A DNA stretch of 32,000 bases from Chitinophaga niastensis (GCF_003014755.1 NZ_PYAW01000005.1:306320-338319), one strand, 5' to 3'; positions 1-10,000 are shown, numbered from the stretch's first letter. Translations and numbers: made by a program. The notes: generated by a model not told the origin, from the sequence alone.

Positions 1-10
1 TGCAGCCACT

Positions 11-18
11 TATTTTTG
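11..18 (+). promoter_or_regulatory. Candidate Bacteroidota -7 promoter box (TAttTTTG) upstream of the first gene
   Basis: Matches the TAnnTTTG consensus of Bacteroidota sigma-A promoters and lies 24 nt upstream of the ATG at 42. The -33 region falls outside the window, so it cannot be checked. Confidence 0.3.
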
Positions 19-41
19 TTACTATTAAAACGGACCGGAAA

Positions 42-965
42 ATGGCAGAAATCAACTGGCAAGGCGTATTTCCCGCATTGCTCACACCTTTTACAGGAGA
101 CGATCATATTGATTACGACCTGTTTGATAAAAATCTGGAAGCGCAGGTCGCTGCCGGTGTAAACGGCATTATTCTCGGTGGCTCACTGGGAGAAGCCAGT
201 AGTTTACTGAATGAAGAAAAGTATGCACTGGTAAAACACGCGGTAGCATTTTTAGGGGGAAAATTACCCGTAATCATGAATATTGCAGAGCAAACTACCA
301 GTGCTGCTATTGCGTGCGCTAAAGCAGCAGAAGATGCAGGTGCATCGGGATTGATGCTGTTACCTCCTATGCGTTATAAGGCAGATGACACCGAAACGGT
401 GACTTACTTCCTCGCAGTGGCTAACAGTACTTCGTTACCTATTATGATCTATAATAATCCTGTAGATTATAAGATCCTGGTTACGCTTGATATGTTTGCG
501 CAATTGGCTGCTGCTCCCAATATCCAGGCAGTAAAGGAATCCACCCGCGACATCACCAATGTTACCCGTATGATCAACCGCTTCGGTGATCGTTTCAGCA
601 TGCTTTGCGGCGTAGATACGTTAGCGTTAGAGAGCCTGCTCGTAGGTGCCAATGGCTGGGTAGCAGGATTGGTAGATGCTTTCCCACGCGAAACAGTAGC
701 TATCTACCGGTTGGCTAAAGCCGGCCGTATTGCTGAAGCACTGGCTATTTACCGTTGGTTCATGCCGCTGCTGGAGCTGGATATTCATCCCAAACTGGTA
801 CAATATATTAAAATGGCGGCTGCAGCTAACGGGATCGGTAGTACGAATGTACGAGCCCCCAGGTTGCTTCCACAGGGAGAGGAGTTGGCACATGTAAATA
901 AAGTGATAGCCGATAGCATCTCCAAACGACCTGTGTTGCCGGAATATTTAAACTTGCCTTCATGA
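42..965 (+). CDS. DapA/DHDPS-family enzyme, likely delta1-pyrroline-4-hydroxy-2-carboxylate deaminase (hydroxyproline pathway step 3)
   Basis: 307-aa ORF with DHDPS/NAL-family hallmarks (GIILGGSLGEASSL; Schiff-base Lys context QAVKEST). Its stop overlaps the next start (ATGA at 962-965). The specific function is inferred from clustering with the Hyp epimerase, FAD oxidase and aldehyde dehydrogenase. Confidence 0.85.
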   Translation: MAEINWQGVFPALLTPFTGDDHIDYDLFDKNLEAQVAAGVNGIILGGSLGEASSLLNEEKYALVKHAVAFLGGKLPVIMNIAEQTTSAAIACAKAAEDAGASGLMLLPPMRYKADDTETVTYFLAVANSTSLPIMIYNNPVDYKILVTLDMFAQLAAAPNIQAVKESTRDITNVTRMINRFGDRFSMLCGVDTLALESLLVGANGWVAGLVDAFPRETVAIYRLAKAGRIAEALAIYRWFMPLLELDIHPKLVQYIKMAAAANGIGSTNVRAPRLLPQGEELAHVNKVIADSISKRPVLPEYLNLPS

Positions 966-2554
966 GTATAACTGGCGAAAATATCATTGGTTTCACTACC
1001 TCGGCAACGGGAACTGATCAGCTGCGTGCATACGATCCCGTTAGTAATGCCACACTGCCGGAAATTTTTACAATAGCTACGGGTGCAGAGGTAGAACTGG
1101 CTGTAAATAAAGCTACCACTGCTTTCAGGGCATACCGTCATACTTCTCCGGAAGTCAGGGCGGTATTCCTGGAAACCATTGCTACTGAAATACTGGCTAT
1201 TGGTGATCCATTACTGGAGAGGGCAGTAGCGGAATCAGGATTGCCGTTGGCACGTATCACGGGCGAACGTATGCGTACCGTTACCCAGATTAGATTGTTT
1301 GCGGCAGTATTGCGCGAAGGCTCCTGGGTAGATGCAATTATCGACCCCGCTCAGCCGGAACGAACACCACTACCGCGACCGGATATACGAAAAATGCTGG
1401 TGCCGCTGGGCCCCATACTGGTATTCCCTGCCAGCAATTTTCCACTGGCATTTTCTACAGCAGGTGGCGACACCGCCGCCGCATTGGCAGCAGGTAATCC
1501 GGTGATTGTAAAAGCACATGAATCACATCCCGGCACTAATGAACTGGTATCGGTGGCTATACAAAAAGCAGCACAGCAATGTGGTATGCCCGATGGCGTG
1601 TTTTCCAGCTTAACCGGTGCCGGCCCCGCATTAGGGCAGCAACTGGTGAAACATAATGGCATTAAAGCCATTGGCTTCACCGGTTCGTTCAAAGCAGGGA
1701 TGGCTATTTTTGATGCGGTAACGCAAAGACGGGAACCGATCCCTGTATACGCAGAAATGGGCAGCGTAAACCCGGTATTGTTGCTGCCCGCCAAACTGGC
1801 TACTGCAGCAGAACAGGTAGCACAGCAATATGCTGCATCTATTACTATGGGAGCAGGGCAGTTTTGCACCAATCCCGGACTGCTCATTACGCTGGCCGGC
1901 GAGGCGACAGAGAAATTTGCTGCTGCCCTGCAACAACAGTTGCACAGCATTGCAGCAGGCACTATGTTGAATCCTGCCATCTGTTATCACTACTACGAAA
2001 ACAGGGAACAGCTGGCACGCAGGAAAGGTGTGCAAACATTGGTGTCTGGTGCCTCTCAGGTGGCACAAACAAAAGGCGCTCCTGCGCTGTATCGCGTAAG
2101 TGGCCAACATTTCCTGGCCAGCGAAGAGCTGCAGCAGGAAGTATTCGGACCATCATCACTATTGGTAGTTTGTGCGGATGAGAAAGAATTACAAACCGTG
2201 CTTTCGCAACTCCACGGACAATTAACCGCTACGGTAATGGCGGAACCGGAAGATCTTCAGCAGTTTGCGGTAGCGCTGCAACTACTCGCTGATAAAGCCG
2301 GCAGAATTATTTTCAATAACGTACCTACCGGCGTGGAAGTGGGTTATGCCATGCATCATGGGGGACCATTTCCTGCTACCACGGATATACGAAGTACTTC
2401 TGTTGGCGCATCGGCCATCCTTCGTTTTGCACGGCCATTATGTTTCCAGGATTGGCCACAACAGCTACTCCCGGATGCTTTAAAAGATGGGAATCCATTA
2501 AATATCTGGCGCAAAGTAAATGGTGAAATCACAAGAGATGCCGTTAGTAAGTAA
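962..2554 (+). CDS. Aldehyde dehydrogenase, likely alpha-ketoglutarate semialdehyde (2,5-dioxovalerate) dehydrogenase
   Basis: 530-aa ORF of the ALDH superfamily, with catalytic Cys context GAGQFCTNPG and general-base context YAEMGSVNP. It is translationally coupled to the upstream gene. Substrate is inferred from operon context. Confidence 0.85.
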   Translation: MSITGENIIGFTTSATGTDQLRAYDPVSNATLPEIFTIATGAEVELAVNKATTAFRAYRHTSPEVRAVFLETIATEILAIGDPLLERAVAESGLPLARITGERMRTVTQIRLFAAVLREGSWVDAIIDPAQPERTPLPRPDIRKMLVPLGPILVFPASNFPLAFSTAGGDTAAALAAGNPVIVKAHESHPGTNELVSVAIQKAAQQCGMPDGVFSSLTGAGPALGQQLVKHNGIKAIGFTGSFKAGMAIFDAVTQRREPIPVYAEMGSVNPVLLLPAKLATAAEQVAQQYAASITMGAGQFCTNPGLLITLAGEATEKFAAALQQQLHSIAAGTMLNPAICYHYYENREQLARRKGVQTLVSGASQVAQTKGAPALYRVSGQHFLASEELQQEVFGPSSLLVVCADEKELQTVLSQLHGQLTATVMAEPEDLQQFAVALQLLADKAGRIIFNNVPTGVEVGYAMHHGGPFPATTDIRSTSVGASAILRFARPLCFQDWPQQLLPDALKDGNPLNIWRKVNGEITRDAVSK

Positions 2555-2569
2555 GAGGTGATTTTTAAT

Positions 2570-2658
2570 GAGCAATGCAGCGGAGATTAAAGCGGATAAC
2601 AAAACATATTCAACAAAATGTTTTCATTCGCTGCATTGCTCCCTCCTGACAAGGAGGG
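2570..2658 (+). other. Nested stem-loops in the ALDH/epimerase spacer; degenerate relative of the palindromic repeat family
   Basis: A perfect 13-bp stem (gagcaatgcagcg 2570-2582 with cgctgcattgctc 2629-2641) encloses an inner 7-bp stem (aaaacat/atgtttt). A second hairpin, ccctcc-tgacaa-ggaggg, follows at 2641-2658. The loop contains gcggagattaaagcggata, which resembles the spacer modules of the large palindromes. Confidence 0.5.
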
Positions 2659-2701
2659 GCAGGGGTGGTAATCAAAATTTAATTTTTATATTTTTTAGCA
2701 G

Positions 2702-3703
2702 ATGTCAACCAACACTTTCTTTTGTATAGACGCCCATACCTGCGGTAATCCGGTGCGACTGGTAGCCGGCGGTGGCCCCATTCTCAAGGGAAACAACATG
2801 ATGGAAAAACGCCTGCATTTTTTGCAGGAATATGACTGGATACGCAAAGGCCTCATGTTTGAACCACGCGGACACGATATGATGAGCGGCAGTATCCTCT
2901 ACCCCCCAACAGACGACGCAAATGACATCGGTGTACTGTATATAGAAACAAGCGGCTGTTTACCGATGTGCGGTCATGGTACTATTGGCACCGTAACAAT
3001 TGCTATTGAACAGGGGCTGATTACACCTAAAGTGCCAGGTAAACTACGATTGGAAACGCCTGCAGGACTGGTACTGGTGAGCTATGTACAGGAAGGTAAA
3101 AAAGTAAAATCGGTAAAATTAACCAACGTAAAATCTTTTCTCGCTGCAGAAAACCTGTCGGTGGAATGCCCCGGATTAGGTACACTACAGGTGGACGTTG
3201 CCTATGGTGGCAACTTCTACGCAATTGTAGATCCGCAGGAACATTTCCATGGCCTGGAACATCACACGGCAGATCAGCTGGTGTCCTGGAGCAGGGAACT
3301 ACGTAAAAGGCTAAACGAAAAGTATACGTTTGTACATCCTGAAAATGAACACATCAAAGGATTGAGCCACCTCTTATGGACGGGTGCAACTATCAGTCCG
3401 GATGCTACAGCGCGCAACGCTGTATTTTACGGAGATAAAGCTATCGACCGTTCTCCCTGTGGTACAGGCACTTCCGCCAGAATGGCCCAGTGGCATGCGA
3501 AAGGGAAATTAAAAAAAGGCGACCGGTTTATTCATGAAAGTATCATCGGTTCACAGTTTATCGGCACAATCGAAGAAGAAACTACCATCGACGGCAAACC
3601 GGCCATTGTGCCGGGTATTGAAGGCTGGGCCATGGTGACAGGCTATAACACTATTTTGTTGGATGACGAAGATCCGTATGTACACGGATTTCAAGTGATT
3701 TAA
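2702..3703 (+). CDS. 4-hydroxyproline 2-epimerase (proline racemase family)
   Basis: 333-aa ORF of the proline racemase/Hyp epimerase family. Both catalytic Cys residues are retained (LPMCGHGT and DRSPCGTGTSA), which argues for an epimerase/racemase rather than the Ser/Thr-type dehydratase members. Confidence 0.9.
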   Translation: MSTNTFFCIDAHTCGNPVRLVAGGGPILKGNNMMEKRLHFLQEYDWIRKGLMFEPRGHDMMSGSILYPPTDDANDIGVLYIETSGCLPMCGHGTIGTVTIAIEQGLITPKVPGKLRLETPAGLVLVSYVQEGKKVKSVKLTNVKSFLAAENLSVECPGLGTLQVDVAYGGNFYAIVDPQEHFHGLEHHTADQLVSWSRELRKRLNEKYTFVHPENEHIKGLSHLLWTGATISPDATARNAVFYGDKAIDRSPCGTGTSARMAQWHAKGKLKKGDRFIHESIIGSQFIGTIEEETTIDGKPAIVPGIEGWAMVTGYNTILLDDEDPYVHGFQVI

Positions 3704-3720
3704 AAATAATTGGAATCCAG

Positions 3721-4010
3721 GCGGGTGTTGTCTGAACTGTGATTTTTTTGATTTTTATGATTATCCTGATGAGCGGAGATCTTAGCAAGTATTTTCTGAA
3801 CCAGGATTTAACAGATTGAATGGATTACCCTGATGGGTGTTATGTTGTTTTATCCGAAGATATATGCGAATATTTCTGCTGTAATCTTCGGCATCCATCA
3901 GGGTAATCCATTCAATCTGTTAAATCCTGGTTCAGAAAATACTTGCTAAGATCTCCGCTCATCAGGATAATCATAAAAATCAAAAAAATCACAGTTCAGA
4001 CAATACCCGC
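3721..4010 (+). repeat. 290-nt modular palindrome (116-nt arms, 58-nt asymmetric centre); family copy 1
   Basis: Arm 3721-3836 is the reverse complement of 3895-4010 with a single mismatch (G3727 opposite T4004). Pairing extends to 3839/3892 with a second G-T pair (G3837/T3894). The strand label gives only the orientation of the asymmetric centre relative to copy 3. Confidence 0.9.
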
Positions 4011-4034
4011 TTAGATCCGTAATCGAAATTAAAT

Positions 4035-5279
4035 ATGAAAGCAATCATCATAGGAGGTGGTATCATCGGGCTTTGCAGCGCTTATTACCTGCAGGAAAGC
4101 GGTTGGGAAGTAACGGTAATGGATAAAGGAGATTTTAAAAACAACTGCTCCTACGGTAATATGGGTATGATAGTGCCCAGTCACTTTGTACCACTGGCTG
4201 CACCAGGCATTATATCACAAGGCATCCGCTGGATGTTTGACAGCAAAAGCCCTTTTTATGTGAAGCCGGCACTGAATAAACAACTCATTGGCTGGGGACT
4301 TAAATTCATGAAAAGTGCCAACGCCCAACAGGCCGCGGCTGCAGCTATTCCATTACGCGATATCAATTTGTTGAGTCGCTCACTGTTTACAGAGCTGGCA
4401 CAAAAACCGGGCTTCGACTTCGGGTTGGAACGAAAGGGCATAATCATGTACTATAAAACAGCTGCGGTAGCGGAAGAAGAAGCTCACCTGGCAAAACAGG
4501 CCAACGATATGGGATTGGATGCAGCTGTACTGGATAAAGCCGCTCTGCAACAGCTGGAACCCAATGTGGAACTGAATGTGCTGGGAGGCGTGCATTATCG
4601 CTGTGATGCACACCTGTATCCGAATGAACTGATGCAGCAACTCATCGCTTACCTGCAAAAGAGTGGCGTACAGTTTTTACCACATACAGAAGTCACAGCT
4701 ATTAAAACAACACAAGGAAAAGTTAGTGCCGTTGTAGCCGGTGAAGATACGCATACTGCTGATTTGTTTGTAATGGCTGCGGGTTCCTGGACGCCGGCGG
4801 TGGCGCGTTTGGCAGGATTTAATATTCCCATGATGCCGGGCAAAGGTTACTCTGTAACACTGGATGCACCGGCAGTGAACTTAAATATACCGGCTATTTT
4901 ATGTGAGGCAAGGGTTGCCCTGACACCCATGCGCAATAAATTAAGGTATGGTGGAACCATGGAAGTGGCACCTATTAATGATAAGGTGAACATGAACAGG
5001 GTAGCGGGTATCGTGGAATCTGTACAGCGTTATTTCGGTAATCTTCCCGTAACAATGCCTGAAAAAGAAGAAGTATGGCATGGGTGCAGGCCCTGCTCCC
5101 CGGATGGATTACCTTTTATCGGATATTCAAAACAATATAGTAATTTGCTGCTCGCAGGAGGGCATGCTATGATGGGATTAAGCCTCGGACCTGCCACGGG
5201 AAAACTATTGGCACAACTGGCAAACGGTGAACAAACCAGCATTGACCTGACCGCTTTCAGGCCTCAACGTTATAATTAA
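4035..5279 (+). CDS. FAD-dependent oxidoreductase (DAO/DadA family), likely cis-4-hydroxy-D-proline dehydrogenase/oxidase
   Basis: 414-aa ORF with an N-terminal Rossmann motif (IIIGGGIIGLCSAYYL) and D-amino-acid oxidase family character. Specific function is inferred from the operon. Confidence 0.85.
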   Translation: MKAIIIGGGIIGLCSAYYLQESGWEVTVMDKGDFKNNCSYGNMGMIVPSHFVPLAAPGIISQGIRWMFDSKSPFYVKPALNKQLIGWGLKFMKSANAQQAAAAAIPLRDINLLSRSLFTELAQKPGFDFGLERKGIIMYYKTAAVAEEEAHLAKQANDMGLDAAVLDKAALQQLEPNVELNVLGGVHYRCDAHLYPNELMQQLIAYLQKSGVQFLPHTEVTAIKTTQGKVSAVVAGEDTHTADLFVMAAGSWTPAVARLAGFNIPMMPGKGYSVTLDAPAVNLNIPAILCEARVALTPMRNKLRYGGTMEVAPINDKVNMNRVAGIVESVQRYFGNLPVTMPEKEEVWHGCRPCSPDGLPFIGYSKQYSNLLLAGGHAMMGLSLGPATGKLLAQLANGEQTSIDLTAFRPQRYN

Positions 5280-5283
5280 TCGT

Positions 5284-5934
5284 ATGTTTTATCCGGAATA
5301 TAAACCGCAATCAACCGAAAATGGGCATAGTCGTGATTATGAAAAGGACTATGCAGGCTTCTGGCATGAAATGAAGCAGGATAATGAACAGGGTTTATAC
5401 AAAATATACCACGAGGTATATGATAACCTGTATCATTATGGTGTGTCGGTAGTACTGGATAAAGCGATGGTTAAAGAGGCCATTAATGATGTTTTTGTAG
5501 AGATATGGCAGAAACGCCATCAGCTGGAGATGCCCGGTAACATTAAGGGTTACCTGTTTATCTGCTTCAAACGCAGGTTATATAAAATACTTACTAAGCA
5601 TAACAAATCCGTGGCCCGCCAGGAAAGTATGCTTTTTAAAGAGCCGGAAGAGCGCTCATATGAAGAAGTATTGATCCGCCAGGAAACAGACCAGCAGGTA
5701 AAGGAAAAGCTGGAACGTATGCTGGACCTGCTTACCTGGCGGCAAAAAGAGTTTATTCGTTTACGTTTTTACGATAATTTAAGTATAGAAGAAATTGCAG
5801 CTAAAACCGCTGCTACTCCCCGCACCATTTATAATACCATCCACAACGCCCTGGTACGCATCCGCGAAGTATATACGGATGCTTCATTTATCGCGCTGCT
5901 GCTGCTTTTGATAGATATCGAAAAAAATTCCTGA
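5284..5934 (+). CDS. ECF (sigma-70 family) RNA polymerase sigma factor
   Basis: 216-aa ORF with region 2-like and region 4 HTH segments (LTWRQKEFIRLRFYDNLSIEEIAAKTAATPRTIYNTIHNAL). It is followed by a FecR-type gene. The start is uncertain; an internal Met at about 5371 would give a more typical length. Confidence 0.85.
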   Translation: MFYPEYKPQSTENGHSRDYEKDYAGFWHEMKQDNEQGLYKIYHEVYDNLYHYGVSVVLDKAMVKEAINDVFVEIWQKRHQLEMPGNIKGYLFICFKRRLYKILTKHNKSVARQESMLFKEPEERSYEEVLIRQETDQQVKEKLERMLDLLTWRQKEFIRLRFYDNLSIEEIAAKTAATPRTIYNTIHNALVRIREVYTDASFIALLLLLIDIEKNS

Positions 5935-5959
5935 ATACTTTGGTAAAAATAACCAGGGT

Positions 5960-7012
5960 ATGGCCTCTTTATATAAAATGGCCGGAATGGATCTACAGCA
6001 GTATAAGGCGGAAGACTTTATCTTAAACGACTCCTTTGTACGGTACTGTTTACGCAGTAGCGAATCTGACGTGCAGTTCTGGGAAAGCTGGCTGGAAAGG
6101 TATCCGCATAAAAAGGCGGAAGCCGAAAAGGCCCGTCAATGGCTGTTTACGCTGGGGCTCCGGCTTACACCAGAAGAAAAGGAAACGGAGTTTGGTAAAC
6201 TCAAAAGTGCCATCGCCACTTCAGACAAAACAACAGCGGTCGTCATTCCTATACACCGAAGCAGATGGAAACGCTTTTTGCGGATAGCCGCGGCCTTTAT
6301 GCTTCCTGTAGCAATTGGCGGCTGGTGGCTGGCCACACATCGTCATCATCCCGTTACTAACCCCGAAGCATATACCGTTTATTACGCAGGTGATAGCATG
6401 CGCCGTAATATACAGCTGGCAGATGGTAGCCGTGTGATATTGAATGCACACAGTATTTTACATGTGCCTTCTACCTACAATACACAGCAGCGGCAGTTAG
6501 CGCTGGAGGGGGAAGCCCTGTTTGAAGTAGCAAAAGCAGTGAACAAACCTTTTATTGTACATATGGGCAACCTTGGCGTACAGGCCCTGGGCACAACTTT
6601 TAAGGCCCGTGCATATAGTTTTGATGAGAAGGCTACTGTATCTCTGCTGGATGGAAGTGTACGGATAACACAAGTGCAGGATAGTCTTGAGTTACATCCC
6701 GGTGAACAATTAACCACCGGTAAACAGACACCTGCTTTCAATAAACATATTTTTGATAGCAATAAAGAGCTGGATTGGCGCAATGGACGGTTGTCTTTCA
6801 ATAACGCTTCCATCAATGATATTGCGCAAACGCTGGAGTACTGGTATGGTATTAAAGTAATAATACAACCAGGTAAATATAAGCCTATCCGCTTTAATGG
6901 CGTATTCAAAAACAAACCACTGAACGAAGTACTGGCGGCCGTGTGCTTCGTGAATGGGCTGGAATCGGTTACAAAAAATGATACACTGTTTATACTATCA
7001 ACCAAACATTAG
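5960..7012 (+). CDS. FecR-family anti-sigma factor / transmembrane sensor
   Basis: 350-aa ORF with an N-terminal cytoplasmic segment, a single TM helix (FLRIAAAFMLPVAIGGWWLA) and a periplasmic FecR-like domain. It lies between an ECF sigma gene and a SusC with a signalling extension. Confidence 0.85.
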   Translation: MASLYKMAGMDLQQYKAEDFILNDSFVRYCLRSSESDVQFWESWLERYPHKKAEAEKARQWLFTLGLRLTPEEKETEFGKLKSAIATSDKTTAVVIPIHRSRWKRFLRIAAAFMLPVAIGGWWLATHRHHPVTNPEAYTVYYAGDSMRRNIQLADGSRVILNAHSILHVPSTYNTQQRQLALEGEALFEVAKAVNKPFIVHMGNLGVQALGTTFKARAYSFDEKATVSLLDGSVRITQVQDSLELHPGEQLTTGKQTPAFNKHIFDSNKELDWRNGRLSFNNASINDIAQTLEYWYGIKVIIQPGKYKPIRFNGVFKNKPLNEVLAAVCFVNGLESVTKNDTLFILSTKH

Positions 7013-7032
7013 CTAAAGCTAAATAAGCCGTT

Positions 7033-10000
7033 ATGAAAAAAAATTCTCTTTTTAGGGCATGCTGTGGCATGCTCCTGGCTATCCTTTTGCTCAGCTGGAT
7101 ACAGGTAGCGGAAGGTCTGAAAGATAAAATAGACGTAGGGTTCAGGCAAACAAAAGTATTACTCGTATTACAATACCTCGAGAAAAATACCCGCCTGAAA
7201 TTTTCCTATAATCTCGATGATCTGGAGAAAATAAAACCACTTACCATCGATAAAAAGGAACGTACGGTGGAAAGCCTGTTGCAGGAAATCAGCCATGCTA
7301 CTTCTTTGCAGTTCAGGTTTACGGAAGATATCATCCTCGTAAAAGTACCTGCGCCAATTAGTATGGTGGCAACAACGGAGGCGCCGTTGCAGGAAAAACC
7401 GCTGAAGGGAGTGGTAAAATCTGCTAACGGTGAAACCTTGCCGGGTGTGAGTGTAAGATTGAAAGGAAGTACCAAAGGCGTGCTCACAGATGCATCCGGT
7501 GCTTTTAAGTTCACCGACCTGCCGGATGGTGCAGTACTGGAAGTTTCCTACATTGGTTTTGAGAGCCGCGAAGTGCCTGTGAAAGGGCTTTCCGAGCTCT
7601 CTGTTACATTGGATGCTTCTACTAAAATACTCGACCAGGTGGTAGTAGTGGGTTATGGCACCCAGAGCAAAAGAAATGTAAGCAGCGCTATCTCCTCTGT
7701 AAAAGGTAGTGAGATAGCTAATGTGCCTACCAATAATCCTGTAAATGCGTTGCAGGGAAAAGTAGCAGGTTTAACGGTGGTAAATGTGGGCGGTGCGCCC
7801 GGCGGGGTAGCAGATATCAAACTGCGTGGTATCAGCACTTTTGGTGGCCACCAGCCTTTGTTTATTGTGGATGGAACACCTGCTGATCCTTATTATCTCA
7901 ATAACAATGATATTGCTTCTATAGAAGTGCTGAAAGATGGTGCTGCGGCTTCCATTTATGGTTCTAAAAGTGCAAATGGCGTCATCCTCGTTACAACTAA
8001 GAAAGGTAAAAAAGGACCGCCTAAAATTGAATTCAGTGGATATAACAGCATTGTAAGCCCAACAAGCAAAATGCATCTCCTGGATGCTGCCGGCTACCTG
8101 AAAGTACACGACATGATGTACAGCAATGCAGGAACACCCGCAGACAAGCGCCCGGCTTATCTTTCAAAACAAGCAGGTGCAAATACCGACTGGCAGAATG
8201 AAATTACCCAACAGGCACACGCACAAAACTATAGCCTGAACCTGACTGGTGGCGGCGAATATTTTAACTATGGTCTCAGCGGAAATATCACCAGGGAAAC
8301 GGGTACTTTTATCGGTACCGATTTCAAAAAGAAATCCCTGCGCGCGCGCAACGAATACAAAAAAGGCCGGTTAAATATTGAAATGAACCTCACCTACGCG
8401 GAAACAGAACGCAATGATCTGCAATTCAGCGTAAAGGATGCCTATTTCCAATCACCCCTGCTGCCGGTATATGACAGCAAAGAAAAATACGGATATGCGT
8501 TACAGGTAGATCAGTTACCTAAATACCAAAACCCGGTAGGTGTGAACCATTTCAATAGTAATTATAACAAGGGCCAGTATTTCAGTGGCAATGCAAGATT
8601 AACACTGCAGCTGATCACCGGGATGAAGTTTGTTACCAATGTAAGTCTGAATAATACGAACTTCTTCGACTACGCCTATCACCCGCCATATCGCGCTAAC
8701 GCCAATGACCCGATACAGCCTTATGCTCAGCTGACAGACGGCCGTACCAACACCCGCCAGCGTTTGATGGAAAACCTGTTGTACTACGATCGCGCTTTTG
8801 GTAAACATAGTATCAACCTGCTGGCTGGTTACACCGCAGAAGAAAATAGCAGTAATAATGTTATCACAGTAGCAGATGGTAAATCCAATGTGTACACTGT
8901 AAAAGATGGACAGATAGTAACTTCCATTGTTCCGGGTGGATTTCTGGATCCTTCCTTTAATACCATGGATGGTGCAGCCGGCGGCTCTTTCAGCGCCAGT
9001 GGTAGTCGTCCGCAATATGATCGCCTGTCTACTTTAGGACGTATCAACTATAGCTACGATAGCAAATATTTATTACAGGTATCAGTTCGCCGCGATGGTT
9101 CTTCCAAGTTTGGTGAAAACCGCCGCTATGGTGTATTCCCGTCTGCTTCCGTGGGTTGGAATATGCAAAGCGAACCTTTTATGCAACAGTTTTCCTGGCT
9201 TAATCTCCTGAAACTCCGCGCCAGCTATGGTGAATTGGGAAATGAAAATGCGTTGAGAGAATATGATCACCAGGCACTCATCACCATCAAAAATACCAGA
9301 GCTGGTGGCTATGTACAGGGTAGTGGTGCTACAGCCTGGCCCGGTGGTGCATCCTGGGACCTTAAAAATAAAGACCTGCGCTGGGAAACGATCATCAGTA
9401 AAAATATTGGTTTCGACTTCGCTATCGTGAGTAAACTCAGCGGTGCTTTTAACGTTTTTAATAATACCACTAAAGACATGCTGATTTACAAAGACCTGGC
9501 CCCCAGCGCTGGTTTGAATCAGCCGGTATTGAATGTGGGACGCATAAATAACCGTGGTTGGGAACTGGAATTAACCTGGGCAGATAAAAAATCAGACTGG
9601 AATTATAGTGTAACCGGTACCGTTAGTCAGGTGAAAAATGAAGTGCTGGCACTGGCAAACGACGGACAAAAATTATATGGCGACGGCCTGAAATATGGCA
9701 CTGGGCCAATACCTAACACCACTATGGTAGGTCGCGAAATAGGTGCATTCTTTCTGTACCAGGCAGATGGTATCTTCCAGTCGGATGCAGAAGTGGCTGC
9801 TTACAAAAATAAAAAAGGAGAGTTGTATCAACCGGATGCTAAAGCAGGGGATGTACGTTTCCGTGATTCCAACGGCGATGGTGTAATTGATACAAACGAT
9901 AAAACCTATATGGGTAGCGCCTTTCCAAAAGTGGAATTTGGTTTGAATATGACTGTAGGTTACAAAGGATTTGACCTGCAACTCTTCTGGCAGGGTGTGG

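Noticed and set aside
1351-1980. 209-aa minus-strand ORF (and neighbours 1631..2110, 1962..2159, 1864..2181) inside the aldehyde dehydrogenase gene
   Set aside because: These are antisense or off-frame shadows of a well-supported 530-aa ALDH. The translations are low-complexity (Ala/Cys/Ser-rich) with no recognisable family motifs.
3721-4010. MITE / IS-derived element interpretation of the palindromes
   Set aside because: I found no target-site duplications at any of the four copies. There is no transposase in the window, and the complementarity spans the whole arm rather than short terminal inverted repeats. Mobility is not excluded, but it is not supported by this sequence.
6475-7005. 176-aa minus-strand ORF antisense to the FecR gene
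   Set aside because: It lies entirely within a strongly supported + strand gene. Its composition is Ser/Cys/Leu-rich and typical of antisense frames. There is no start context or family signature.
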